Shown here: one piece after another, positions 44,661-57,036 of the stretch
Layout: every line of letters begins with the position of its first letter
How positions within the stretch are numbered: the stretch's first letter is position 1
The notes under the pieces: generated by a model
Seen by the model: the letters and a program-made list of their open reading frames with translations, nothing else
Databases searched by the model: none
Told to the model about the DNA's origin: nothing
Translations under genes and position numbers: made by a program
NCBI GenBank assembly: GCA_013239625.1
Contig: MU056550.1
Span: forward strand, 496,001 to 560,000
Length of the DNA stretch: 64,000 bases
Direction: 5' to 3'
Source of the DNA: Lama guanicoe
Lineage: Eukaryota

Positions 44661-45585
44661 CAAAGGGCCCATCCCCTTGGGCTTTCACCTGGTCACCCAC
44701 GTCCACCCCCCGTCCATACTCCCATCCCACCCCTGGGGCACACAGGGACAGCCTCTGGCCTCCTTCCCCTGCACAGTCATCCCAAAGCCACCACACACGT
44801 CCTTGTCCTCCATCTCAGATTATAAAGGAATTCCATAGAAAGGACACTGCTGAGTCGTAACTAACAGAGGACATGGCCAATGTCATTACCAGAGCCCAGG
44901 GGATCATGGGAGGTGGGGAGGGAGAGCCACCAGTCCCTTAGAGATCCTTGAGCTGGATCAAGGGATCCTCTGGGGAGAAGAAGAGAAAAGAGCTGCAGAG
45001 AGGAATTCCTAGCCCTGCCCTGCATGCACCTCAGTGCCAGAGGCCCCAGGCATGTGGGCTCACCCTCAGGAGAAAACTATTCTGTAACCAGATACACATG
45101 GGAGTGGAGGACAAAGTCACTAGGATAAATAAAGTGCTCCCCCATGCTTTTGTCTAGTTCCTTCTTGCTTTTATGTGTGTTCCCCAAGGAGAGCCAAGGG
45201 ATGGAGGTGCTAAGAAGGAACGGAAATGCAGTGGATCAAAAACCCCACCAGTCTCTGGAAGCGCATCAGAGCAGACTGACGCTGCCATTGTAATCACGTG
45301 ACTGTGCGTACTGGAGCAATGCCCTTCACCTCTCGGACCCTCAGTTTGTTCATCCGAAAAATGGAGACAATTAGAATGAGAGGAGATAAGGTGTGGGGGT
45401 GGCCCTTAGTCCTGTGTTTCCCACCTTACATGCATGATACTTCTTACTTCTTTTCCTTTGGATGTGTTCTCACAATCTGCAGGTATAATTTCCTTGGGGG
45501 TACCAACTGGGTTAGTATCTGCTTCTGAGACTAGACTTTGAAACCCAAAGGCAGGGGTCGTGCTGAAGTTCATGAAGGATGCTTC

Positions 45586-45606
45586 CTCAGGACCTAGGAC
45601 AGCGCC
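45586..45606 (+). promoter_or_regulatory. Candidate RE1/NRSE (REST site)
   Basis: CTCAGGACCTAGGACAGCGCC versus consensus NTCAGCACCNNGGACAGCGCC: one mismatch, canonical 2-nt spacer. Confidence 0.65.
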
Positions 45607-46188
45607 GGCCAGGGGGCAGGGCTCTGGAGAGCTGACTGCTTTGTCCACCCTGCAAGAATTGTGCATGAGGCAGGGGCATGCACTTGGTGTCTGGGCAGAT
45701 GCAGTGCTGGAGGATGGTGGGTGAGGCCTGGATGCTGGTGGACACCTGGGGACACAGAAAGTATCTGCCTAATTCTAGTGGGCCCTGCTGACCCTGCTTT
45801 TACCAGTTTGTGCAGCTTAGGAGAGCAAGGAGTTTGTTTTGGAGGAACAGGAGTAGAGATGGAGAAAAACAGTTCAAAGAAGAAATGTTGGATGGATGGA
45901 GGAGAAAGATACTCTAGGATGAGGAGGGAATGGTGCAAGTCAGCCAAGACTAGGGCTGCAAATATACCTGGAGCGCTCAAGGGAAAGTGAGAAATTGTCA
46001 GTGGTTGGCAAGCAAGTGAGGGCAGGAGGCTAGAAGCATATTAGGAAAACCTGAGGGATTTGGCCCTTATCCTGGAAGGGGCTGGAGAGCCATGGAAGGT
46101 TTTCTACCCATGAATGGGAACAGTGATATGGGGAAGGGAGAGGGATGGTGGGTCCTGACCATCCTGACCATCATCCCCAGGGCTGCCT

Positions 46189-46202
46189 GTTACCATGGCA
46201 AC
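46189..46202. promoter_or_regulatory. RFX X-box
   Basis: GTTACCATGGCAAC, an exact match to GTTRCCATGGYAAC; overlaps a CCAAT at 46202-46206. Confidence 0.65.
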
Positions 46203-47324
46203 CAATGGCGGGGTTGGGGGAGCATGGAGAGGGATCCTTCTGTTTCTATGAGGTTGACCCTCAGTGTCTCCGGCTGAGTCTGAGACAAATAGCTGTGGCC
46301 ACCTCCTCTCCTCAGGGTCCCCAGGTGAGGAAGCCGTTTCTGCACCATCCCAGCAGCAAAGGCCTGGCCTGGGGCCCGGTGCCCCTCCTAGTCCCTCATT
46401 CCCATCCACCCGAGGGATGACAGGGCTCAGATGTGTGTCGGGCTCTCTGACCACCTCCAACCAGTTCCAAACAAGCTCGGAGGAGCAGGGAAATGGGAAG
46501 TGACAGGGAGTGCCAGGAGTCACTGAGTCTCTGTCACCTCGATTTCCAGGCAGATGGAGCTGGTGCTGAGCGAACGCGGCACTTTAGAGACACCCCTGTC
46601 CCTGCAGGAGCCACCTCAGCCAAGCTGAGGTCTGGCCCCTCCCTCAGCCCGGCTTCCATCGCTCAGACCCTGGCCCCTTGTGTCCAGCCACAGCCCCGCC
46701 CTTGTCCCCAGAACCATCTTTTATAAAGACAGATCTGACTCTTCCACACCCAGCCCCAAGCTGGTGTGTTTATCTTCACCCATCATTAGAACTGTCTCCT
46801 CAAAAGAAACGACCTTCCTCGGTGTCTTATAAAGATAACCTTTGAAAGATTTGCTTACAATAACATCCAACAATTTAACAATTCTGGGGCCAGACTCCCA
46901 GGAATAATTAATTACTCCATCTGTGTTCAATGCCTTTGTCTTTTTAAAATTTTTACCAACAGATTGAGGGGTTTTGGGCTACCACGTCTTTCCCCAAACA
47001 GTTCTGCTTTTTGAAACAATCTGGACAGCATCCTGTTTGTTACATGCAGATTTTGGAAGGAATCTTCTCCGTGCAAGAAGCTGGGGGAAAATAATCTCAC
47101 CTTATATGCAGGCATTTACAGTCTATCAAATGCAAATCTGGCCAAGTCCCTCTCCTTCTTAGGACCCTTCAAGGCTCTGCAAGGTAGGAACTCCTTCACT
47201 AGTCGAGCCCTGATACAGCCAAACGTGCCACCCATACACTGCCAGCCTTTATGCCACGCCTGACCCTCAGCCCCTGTATGAAATCATCTGACTCCCCCAG
47301 GCTGGGTTAGGCACCCCCAATCCC

Positions 47325-47525
47325 AACACAGACACAAAAATGCACAAACAAGAATCGCGCACATAAACATGCACACATGTGTGAACACATACACGCATGT
47401 ACAAACAATGCACACCTGCACACACGAACACATGTGTGCACTGCAACACGTCTGCGCACACGAGTGCATGCATACACAGAGATGCACGTGTATACCAAAC
47501 ACACAAATGTTTTTTGGTGTGTGTT
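47325..47525. repeat. Degenerate CA/TG purine-pyrimidine alternating tract
   Basis: cacatgtgtg, tgcatgcatacaca, gcacgtgtatac. Confidence 0.8.
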
Positions 47526-48674
47526 GGTTTTAATCATAACATGGATACTTCATTCTTTCCTTGGTGTCTTTGGGTCCTCCTGTACTGGACCATCCCTCCT
47601 CACTGTCAGCTCCTGGTCCTTTGGCAGTCGACAGTGCAGTGCCCAGTAAGAGATGAATGAACATGCTAAGTGGTTGGGATGCTAGGCCCTGGGACTGGCC
47701 CTGTCACTGCCCTTCTGTGGGGCCATGGATGGGTCTCTTCCCTTCCCTGGGGCTCAGTTCCCCACAAGGGCGATGGGAGTGGACAGCCTGGGGCAGGACC
47801 CATGTGGACCAGGTAGGGGAGCAAGCCCCATGCCTCAGGCTGGAGGGAGCTGGAAGACCAGTCTAGAATTCCCGCTGCTGCCAGCACAGCCGGCACTGCC
47901 ACCCAACCCAGTTTATTTACGATGCTTTTAGCTCCAAGCGGACCCATTTCCGAAGTCCTCCCTGAGATATAAATTATCTTAAAGGGCTGATTTGTATCAC
48001 TGTGGCTGGACAACGCTTAACCAGAAAGCACTCCGGCCTTTCAGCAATTTCAATCCAGGGAGAGCTATGGATTTTTTTTTTCACCCTAATTGAGCACTTC
48101 AGAAAGGGGGGGGGGTTGAAAACCTTCAATAGGTTTCATTTTTAGGGAAAGCAATTTTGACTTATTAGGCTCTGTTGGCTTCAGAAATATGCTCACTAAT
48201 GACTTCTATTTAAATATTTTCCTCCAGCTGAGACTTTTTTTTTAAATACTGTGTTAATGGATTTGACATCCCCTAAATGCGTATTTTCCCACCTCGGCCT
48301 CTGAACTTCCTTGGCTAGATCCTCTCAAACAGTTGAGAGGTCCCGAGCAGGCTGTGGAAAACCCTTTGTCAGAATTACCTTTGGAAATGATGATTTCCCC
48401 TTTCTCTGTTCGCACCCACAGTGACCTGCTAGGCAGAAGCATAAACTTAGATGGAGTCACTGGTTCTTCATATCTTTTGCTGGCACCTCAACCTTCACAG
48501 GATTCAATCCAGACCCTCTAGTCTTGCATAAAAGGCCCAAGCTGCCCCCACCTGACACCAGAATACCTATCCTGCTCCCTCTCTAACCCCAGGCAGGGAA
48601 GTCCAGGCTGCCTTGGTGAACATGTGTCCGGGGGAGGTACACAGGGTCCGGCATCCAGAAAGGCTGCGTCTGCT

Positions 48675-48775
48675 TTAAGGCTTTTCTGTCACCATCCTGA
48701 AAATCGTAATAATTTTTGAACAGGGAGCCCCCATATTCTCATTTTGCGCTGGGCCTTGTAAACGATGTAGCTATT
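48675..48775 (+). mobile_element. MER91-like hAT-Tip100 fragment
   Basis: taataatttttgaacagggagccccc...tcattttgcgctgggcc...atgtagc. Confidence 0.6.
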
Positions 48776-48929
48776 CATGCCCAGACTCACCATTCTCTCC
48801 CCCTCCTCTCTACCTATCTTTGTATGAACTGTTTCCTCCACAGGAGGCTGATCTCAGCCTTCAGCTCAGCCCTTCCCATTCCTTGTCCGTGTGATAAACC
48901 CTGTGGAGGGGTGCACTGGGTAGGTGAGG

Positions 48930-49140
48930 CAGCACAGCCCGGTGGCTGAATGAAGACAGAGGCCAGGGAGCACATGTCAGCTCCACTACTTCTGGGTTAC
49001 ATGACCTCGGGCAAACAACTTAGCCTCTCCGAGCCTTAGTTTTCCCATCTGAAAAATGGGATCACCATTGTCCCTACTTCCCAGGCTGCTGCAAGATCTA
49101 ATTTAATCACGGAGCACTTAAAAGAGTGTATGGCACAGTG
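48930..49140 (+). mobile_element. MIR SINE
   Basis: tgacctcgggcaa...cttagcctctccgagccttagttttcccatctgaaaaatggg. Confidence 0.7.
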
Positions 49141-49269
49141 TTCATCACTGTTATCCGTCCCTTAGCAACTATGATTAAATCACAAGCCTCCAACGAAGTC
49201 TTCCGTGGCTGGCCTGACTCCTTCACCTAGTCCACATGACTACCACCAGTTGACTGCAATCTGTCATAC

Positions 49270-49690
49270 CAGTTTACAAACACTTGTGTTTGCAAGCATC
49301 AGTAACTCATTCAAGCTAGCTCAGGCAAACAGACAGGCTGGTTGTAAGTATATGGGGATGTCTCACAGAATCCCAAGGGCAAGAATGTAGGTGAGCCTTA
49401 GGAAGGCTTGGAACATAAACTTGAAAACACAGGAAGTATCCACTTTCCCCATTTTACTTCTGCTTTTATCTTAGTGTTGGCCTCATCTCTCTCTCTCTCT
49501 CCCTCTCTATCTCTCTGCAGACCAGCATCTTCCTCAACTCAGCCATAAGGTAGGAAAGTATTATTACTGACAGCCTGTAACTCGCCCAGATGGCTCTAGC
49601 CACCAGAAAGCTGGACAGTTCTCAATTCACAGTTCTGCAGACAGAGCCCCAGTTGGCCCCTTTAGGGTCAGCTCATCAAAGGAGCCCAAA
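49270..49690 (-). mobile_element. MLT1-like (MaLR) LTR remnant
   Basis: ttgcaagcatcagtaactcattcaagctagct...tctcacagaat...(CT)n. Confidence 0.5.
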
Positions 49691-50783
49691 CTATTGGATG
49701 ACTTTACACTCCAGAGTGTCTTCATCCCTCACACCTGTCTGTGTTTCCCTAAATGGCCATAAAGGACCCCTAAAGATCATGCGTTTCTCCACTTTGCCTC
49801 CTCCAGTACCCCATCCAGTGCTGAAGCATAAATTGTTGTTGAATAAAGGAAGGCGAGAATGGTGGGGGACGGACTTGCATTTCCAACCCAGAATACCATG
49901 AACTCTCACAGCTATTCTGTCCCCTGCAGGGACTTAGCAAAGGAGCCTGTCCTAGAACCAAAAGCTTCCCAGGCAGGCAATTCTTCCAAGGGGAGCTGGA
50001 GGGCCCGCCTCCCAGCCTCGCCCATTCAGGCGGAGCTTTGCCTGGTTCCCCAGCCAGGACCCGGAGCAACTCCTGTGGATGGCTCCCGCTCACACGTGAA
50101 ACAAATCAGGGCCCGGTCTTCCTGAATATGCAGTGTGCAGCTTCAGGATTTAAGTTGATTTCTGCAGGAGGGGACCTGCTCACTCAACAGAATCCATACT
50201 CCCAGAAATTATTAAAGGAGCAAAATTAAATTCACGGGGGTCACAGGTCAAGGGAACACTGGAAACAAGGCAATCCCAGCAGAGCTTCAGCTAATTGCCG
50301 CAGTCGAAGATGCTGGAAGAGCAGAAATGCTGCTCAATTATTCACTTGGGTCCTAATATCAAAGCAGATAACAGATAATCTGCTCCACGGCGGGTGAGCC
50401 TGTGAGTTCTGGGCACAGTGGTCAGCAAATCTCAGCACCTAAGGTGTCTCCAGACCAGGCACCCCCTGACCTTTTCTGACCCCTGCCTGGCGACGATGCA
50501 AAGGAAAGAAAAAGAATGCATCCAGGCAGGAGTTCCCAGACTGAGCAAACCCAACACGCTGACTGTGAATTCACAGTTTTCATGGTGAAATGTACGTTCC
50601 TTCTACGAATCCAGCTTAATGCGCCCCTTCCTGGGTCCCTGTCTTAAAGAATGGTATCCGAAGGGAGAGCCTTCTCCCCTCGCCTGGTTTCCACATGGAA
50701 GCCCTTTCTTGAAGTCCCTCCTGGTCTCTGTCTCTATGTCCTCTTGGGAGTGAGCTGGCCCCAGGGGGTGGCACTGTGCTGCT

Positions 50784-50797
50784 GCGCCCCCTGCAGG
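50784..50797 (-). promoter_or_regulatory. Candidate CTCF site
   Basis: Minus strand CCTGCAGGGGGCGC versus CCASYAGRKGGCRS. Confidence 0.5.
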
Positions 50798-51479
50798 GGA
50801 CGACCTGCCTTGGTCCAGCCAGCGGAGCGGAAGCCATGCCCTTCCCCCTGACCGCTGCAGTAGTGAGAGCTCTGGGGGCCTCCAGGCTTATTCTTTGTTA
50901 GCGCCCCTTGTTCAAAACCCAGGTGGGGAATAGTGACACCAGTTCTTAGAGGGGGCTCAGAGGCCCTAGTGTTTGCTACATGTATCAAATCAATATACCA
51001 CTCGGCCTGGGACACCACCTTCCCACACACCCCAGAACTGCTAAAACACATCACTCAACTGTAAAAACAAACAAACAACAAACCAACCAACCAACCCACT
51101 GGGCCTAATCCAAGCTTCCAGAAACCACCAAAGTCAAAATGCCCTGCCCACGTACAGAAGCCCCAGGCCACAGCAGGCTCTGGAGGCCCATATCCTTCCT
51201 CTGTATGTATTTGGCTTTCTGAATTCTATTTTTTTTTAATTCCCCATTGAGAGTTGCTGTTGCTCCCTCACCAGCATTTGTATTTGGTGTCGTATGTGTT
51301 CTGGATGTTGGCTGCTATAATCAGAGGAGAACTTCTGCCCTTTGTAGTCAAAAGACTTGACCCCAAGAGTAAGTTTAAAGCCAAGCAGATCACCAGTCAG
51401 ATGAGTCCGTGTGTGAAAAGACAGAGAAAGGCCACACGTGCTCAGGGAAAACCCTTATCTTCATGGCACTCATCCCAGC

Positions 51480-51815
51480 AGCCCTTCCCTATTTTAGCTG
51501 TCTCCATGCCTGGCTTGCACGCATTAGACACTCAATAAATTAATAAATAATCACTAAATGAGTGAATGAATGAAAGGTAGGAACCATGTCAGTCTTATTT
51601 TCTGTTGCATCTGTAACTTCTGGCAGAGTGATTGACACAAAGATTTGTTGAATCAATGAATTAACAAAGCGATGCATAAACGAATCAATGAAGGGCAGGG
51701 TCGTGTCTGTTGTTGGGTTCATCACTGTATCGTTTGTTCCTAGCAAAGTGCCTGACACCTGGCAGGGACTCAGTGAAGTATCTGTTAAGTAAACAATGGA
51801 TGTGAATGGATGCAT
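51480..51815 (+). mobile_element. Three tandem L2 3'-tail fragments
   Basis: Repeated unit: ggcagg/ggtagg...tgtc...gtgcctg/agagtg...ctcaataaat-like...(TGAA)n. Confidence 0.55.
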
Positions 51816-51939
51816 GACTAGGAGTCTATGGTGCAGAGTGAGGGAGGTGAGAGTCCCTCCTGCCCAGGGGTGGGCTAACTCTAAAAGCAAGTCCAGAGGA
51901 GGTGAGCATTAATAGACGTCTGAAAATGCTGATGGAACT

Positions 51940-52400
51940 GGAGGTATGATAATCTGTCTTTAAATGTCTTTAAACATCTGCCAGGCTGTCATGGAAGGAG
52001 GAAGCAGGCAAACTCTGGGATCCCCAAGGAACCAACCGAGGAAGCTTTAAAAAAGGCAGATTTCGGCACAATTTAAAAATGAAAAGCACCTATGTACTCT
52101 GTGCACCGATCACGTACAGGGTGCTCTGCAAGTTGTTGTTTAGCATGTGTTCGGTTACATTTCACACCTTCCGAAAGCAGGCATGGTTTCCCCACACTTA
52201 GACACAAGAGACAACGCGGCTTGCTCAAAGTCACACAGTTATAACAGGAAAAACCAGGATGCAAACTCAGGACCAGCTGATTCCATGGCCTGCACTGCTT
52301 AGCGCTAAGCAAAAAAAAAGTGTAGGCTGCCTTGTAAGGTAGTGAGTTCCCCATCACTGGAGATGGTCAAGTAGAGGCTTGGTCACTCACTTGGTTAAGC
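51940..52400 (+). mobile_element. L3/CR1 fragment interrupted by a MIR (~52090-52310)
   Basis: ggctgtcatgg...ggcagatttcggcacaat, then ggctgccttgtaaggtagtgagttccccatcactggagatggtcaagtagaggct. Confidence 0.6.
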
Positions 52401-52616
52401 CAAGAGAGACTACACAAAAGAGCTGGAAGGACAGACTGAACCGGAGTCTCTCTGGTTCTCTGGCTGTGGGCTCGCCCACTCTTGCATTGGGCTCACCCTA
52501 GGATCATAATGGGTTTGGAAACAGTGCTTGCAGTCTGGCAAGCTTACTTTAAAGGAGATCTGCCTGTCCTCTAAGCCATATCTACGAGGCTTATAAAGCA
52601 CGCCTGACATTAAGTG

Positions 52617-52803
52617 TAAGGATGGCAAATAGATTTTATTTTATGTTTTAATTTGATTCAATTGGTAGTGGCTGCCTGGAGTGCCACTGAAATCTAAAGC
52701 TTTGTTTAGCCTCCGTGGGCACAGTGTTTTGATTGATCAGTGATGTCTGTCATGGGTAAGGGATGGTAGCCAGCAGACATTTGCCACCTATCTGCCATCC
52801 TCG
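52617..52803 (-). mobile_element. MER105-like hAT MITE
   Basis: Terminal inverted repeats aggatggcaaatag (52619-52632) and ctatctgccatcct (52788-52801), 13/14 match; internal attggtagtggctgcctggagtg. Confidence 0.65.
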
Positions 52804-54268
52804 CTCCAGGATGCGCATTTTAACTCTGGAGAGCCCACGTGGATAACATGGCGAAGCCACATTCATCTGGGAAGATACCAAAGTGCAGTGTCTTAGAGCC
52901 AGAAAAGGGATGAATTTCCCACATGAAGATTTGCAGTCGTCCAGATTTCAATTCTCGTGGGGTTGTCCTTTAATTAGGAGGTTCTGCAAACACCTCAAAG
53001 CCAAGCGGTTCCCTGGCCATCCCAGCCCAGTGGCTGTCCCCGCCAGCTCCCCAGTTCCCTGCCAGCCACAGTTTCCCCTGAGCACCGTCTGGGTTTTGAT
53101 CATGCAAATGGAAATGGATGTTTCCCACTGTGCAGTAAATAGCCTGTCTCCGTGCTTAGCCACATCTTTATCCCTGAAGCCAATTAGAGGAATGGCTACC
53201 TCCCCGTGCAGACCTGGGAGAGCATCTCTGTTCCTTCCCTTTCTGGATGCTGGCAGGGGGGGTGCTGTGCTCCCCCATCCCAGTCTGCCTGGGCCTCCAG
53301 AACATCTGAGCTCCTTCCTTGGACGAGTGACTTGGGGAGGTCTGTGCCCTCCCTGCCTGTCCAGTGTGTGCACACCTTCCTGCAGGTGCTTCAGTGGTTA
53401 AAAAGGTGGGGTTGGAGCCTGACGGGTTGGGGGTTGGGTTCAAATCTTGATTCTCTTATGTACTTGCTATGTTACTTTGGGCAAGTCACTTAACCTCTCT
53501 GAGCTTTACGGTCCTCTTTCTAAAATGGGGATAATGTTATAAACTGCATGATGTTTTATCAGGTTTTCTCTCCCTTATTCATTCCACTGTCACTTATGGA
53601 TGCCCACCACCATGGTTTACATTCAGATCTCATCAGCTGTGTCCTGTCTGGTTGTGCTTGGTGAGGTAGGAATTACTATTTTTAAAAACCAGAGAAGCTA
53701 CTGTTCAAATTTATCAACTTCCCCATGAAGGGACATTAAGTCATCTTGGAGCAGACTTTTCCCTTCCTGGGACGAATCCCTGAAGGAGGTCCCTTAATAA
53801 TGGAATAAGGACCAACATGGCACTTTCTATCCTCGAAAAGAATGAAGGAGTCTTTTTTGGAGTTTGACCAAGGCTGCACCTGCCAGGAGTCCAGAGCTGG
53901 TGATTAAGAGGAAAGTGGGCCCATCATGGGCCTCTTGGGAAAATTATCTCCAAAGGCCAACTTTTTCCTGACATCTGAAGCTCCATGAGACAATTTGAGA
54001 TGGTCCTGATTCAGTCTGTGAGCAGAACAGGACACCAAAGCTCCAGAGAAGTCACCTAGAAGGAAGGTCATGACCTGGGCTCAACCTCAGAGCACGGGCC
54101 GTGGGTCTGTCTGGCCCGAACTATGGCTGTGGCCCGAAGCCCCTCTTTCTATGCTACTCTTCCCAGAGGATGTGCTCTGGGGAAAATCATGGACCAGAAG
54201 AGCAGACGCTAAGGAGATTATCCTCAGGGACCGAGGAAGAATCCCCGTAGCCTGCAGAGAACACAGAC

Positions 54269-54480
54269 CTGCTCTGTTCAATACAGTAACTGTGAGCCAC
54301 ACACGGCGATTGATTGAAATTAAATTAATTAAACTGAAATAAAATTGAATCTAATTCCTCAGAGTCACGATCAGCCACATTTCACGGGCTCACTTGTCAC
54401 ATGTGGTCAGTGGTTACATTAGACAGTGCAGAATTACAGACTGTTTTCATCATTGCAGAAAGTTCCCTTGGAGGGTGCTG
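54269..54480 (-). mobile_element. MER3-like hAT-Charlie MITE
   Basis: agccacat / cacatgtgg repeats, AT-rich core, tcatcattgcagaaagttc terminus. Confidence 0.75.
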
Positions 54481-54488
54481 ACCTAGAA

Positions 54489-54714
54489 AAGGGTTTCTCA
54501 GCATCGTCACCATGAACATTTGGGGCTGTAAGTCTTGGTTGTAGAGGGCTGGCTTATACAGTGTAGGAGGTTTAGCAGCATCTTTGGCCTCTACCCACTA
54601 GATACCAGTAGTATCCCCCAGTGTGACAGCCAGAATATCTCCAGGCATTGCCAAATGTCGCTTGGTAGTGGTGGTGGTGGTGATGGCAAAATTGTCCCCC
54701 GTTGAGAACTACTG
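54489..54714 (-). mobile_element. MER20 (hAT-Charlie MITE)
   Basis: gggtttctca...tttagcagcatctttggcctctacccactagataccagtag...gttgagaactactg. Confidence 0.85.
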
Positions 54715-55300
54715 GACTAGACCACAGAGACCATCGTGGGCATCGCCTGGGGGTGGGGACACCAAGATGCAACTGGGCTAGACCAGCTTTCTTCGGGCTG
54801 GGAAGGAAGCCGCACAGTACACAGCTGGCCCCGTCAGAATGGACTAGGCAGGTGTCCAGAGTTCTCAGACAATGAGAAGGATGGAAACAGAGGGAGCACT
54901 GGCAAGGAGGCCATAAGGGCCACCTGGGTCACACGGGTGAGATCTGCATCACTGCAGCTGCCTCCTCCAGGGCCTCCCAGCTTCCTGCTCCCTCCCTCAC
55001 GATCAGCCCTACGTGCTGGCTGCTTGAGTGAGGGATAAGCAGAAATAGCCTTGACTGTCGTTCCTTTTTTTAAGTATATCCAGTAGTTTCCCATTGCTCC
55101 TAAAATCTAGACACTCTGGCCTAGCCCCCAGACCCCTCATAGCCCATTTCCTCTGATCTTTTTCACGTTCGTGACACTGTCCTCCAATTTCCCACAGGCC
55201 ACACGGGTCTCTGCTCAAGCCGTGCCCTTTCACGCTTTTGTGAGGTGGCACCTGCTGTTTCCTGTGCCTGGACTGCCCTCTCTCCTTCTCTGCATCTTTC

Positions 55301-55820
55301 CATGTCAGGGGCCCCCAAGACCACCCACCTGCTCACTGAGTCAGTGGAAGAACTCTCGGGACTCAGCACGCAGTTGTAAACCTCATGGCTACAGTTCATT
55401 AGCGTGAAAAGATATACAGAAGCAACAAGGGAAGAGGACATCAGATGGTCCAGCTTCTCTGCTCTCCCTCCCACGAGGGGCCGCACTGAGCATGCTCCCT
55501 TCTCCAGCAGTGGAAACGCAGCCGCACGTGTATCATGCTTCGGCCCGGGCAGCCTGTTTGAGACTCAGAGTGTTGGGTGTTTATTAGGGGCGATCACCTG
55601 GGCTTTCTTAGTCTAGCAACTACCAAAATATCAGACTCCCAGAAGGAAAGTGAGGGTTCCAGTGCACTGTTTAACGAGTTGAGTCACAATCAAACAGCCT
55701 TATCAACTAGAGGATATTTCAACAGCCAAGTTCCCTGACACTAGCTAAGGACCAACCTTGCAAGCAAGCTCGTCTAAAGATAGCAGCTTCAAGCTCGCTG
55801 TGTTCATTCTTTTCTGCAGA
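55301..55820 (-). mobile_element. MER21-family solo LTR
   Basis: Ends tgtcaggggcccccaagaccacc and accaaccttgcaagc...gatagcag...tcttttctgca; 5-bp TSD-like ctttc / ctttt. Confidence 0.75.
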
Positions 55821-57036
55821 CTTTTTCTTTCCGGATCAAAGGCCACATTCTTTGTAAATACCTTTTTGCCTCCCAAGTAAAGCTAGTTCGTGGTCTCTGG
55901 GTCTCCATGGCTCCCTCTATTCCCTTGTGTCATAAAAGAAAACATGAGGTTTCATAATTACCCGGGCATTTCCCCTCTAGACTGAGCACCTTGAAGGCAG
56001 GGCCAGCACAGGGCCCACCACCCATTAGGGACTTGTTATGTGTTTGCTGAATAAATAGGCAACTAGAACCCATGAATGTGCAAGAGACCTGGGGTGTGGA
56101 GGATACAGACCAGAAAATACGTGGTCCCTGCCATCAGGGCAGTGTGTGGGGACTGCCCAGGCCCAGCAGGTGAGCTCGGTCAGACAGAACTCCCATCCAT
56201 CCATCCTGGCCCACCATCCCACAGCCAGACCTGGTGGTCCATTAGCCAGGAGAGCCCACATCAGCTGAGCTCACATCCCTCCTCTGCTGCCAACAGAGGA
56301 GATCGCACCTTTCCCAGGTGGCAGCTCACTGACCGGGAGCACCAAGATCCCCATGGACATTGCGAAAAGCATCTTGGGGCACCCTGTGGGCTGGACATGG
56401 GCTAGAGAATCACTGGCTAGAGAATAACGCTCAGCATCCATCCCTTTAAGATGCGGGCACTAGTAAGATGCGACCAGGCAGGGAAGGGGCAGAGGAGGGC
56501 AGCTCTCAAAGCTCCAGGGCGCTGTAGTTGTGAGACACAGCTCGTGGCACCCTGTGGACTTTGAAGTCTGGGTGCCCTGGGTTGGAATTCCAGCCCCGCC
56601 ATTTGCTGTGAGATCTGGCAGGTGTCTTAGCTTCCCTGAGCCTTGGTTGCCTCACCTGTAACATGGGGAGGACGTCTCCTTCTCAAGGCTATTGTGAGGG
56701 TCAAATGAAACAAGGGACTTAAGGGTCTAGCTTAGTCCCCTCCCCAGTGCCCGACAGGGGAGTGGACTGTGACTGTCATCCTCGTGGTCGCTGTATGATT
56801 ACTGTCAGTATGCAGGGTTCAGTCTGCCCTGCCCCTCCCAGGGAGGAGCAGAGGAGAGCCCTCCTTCGAGTCTCAGACCCTCCCCACCTTGGCCCGTCCT
56901 GTGGGCAGTGGCTCCAGCTACTGCAAGGGTGTTTGGGCCCCAGAGTTCCCCCCACTCCGCCTGCCATTTGCTCAGCCAGGCTCGCCTTGGGCCAACATCT
57001 CTAGCCAAAATGAAAAGCAGCCACGGAGACTTTTGG

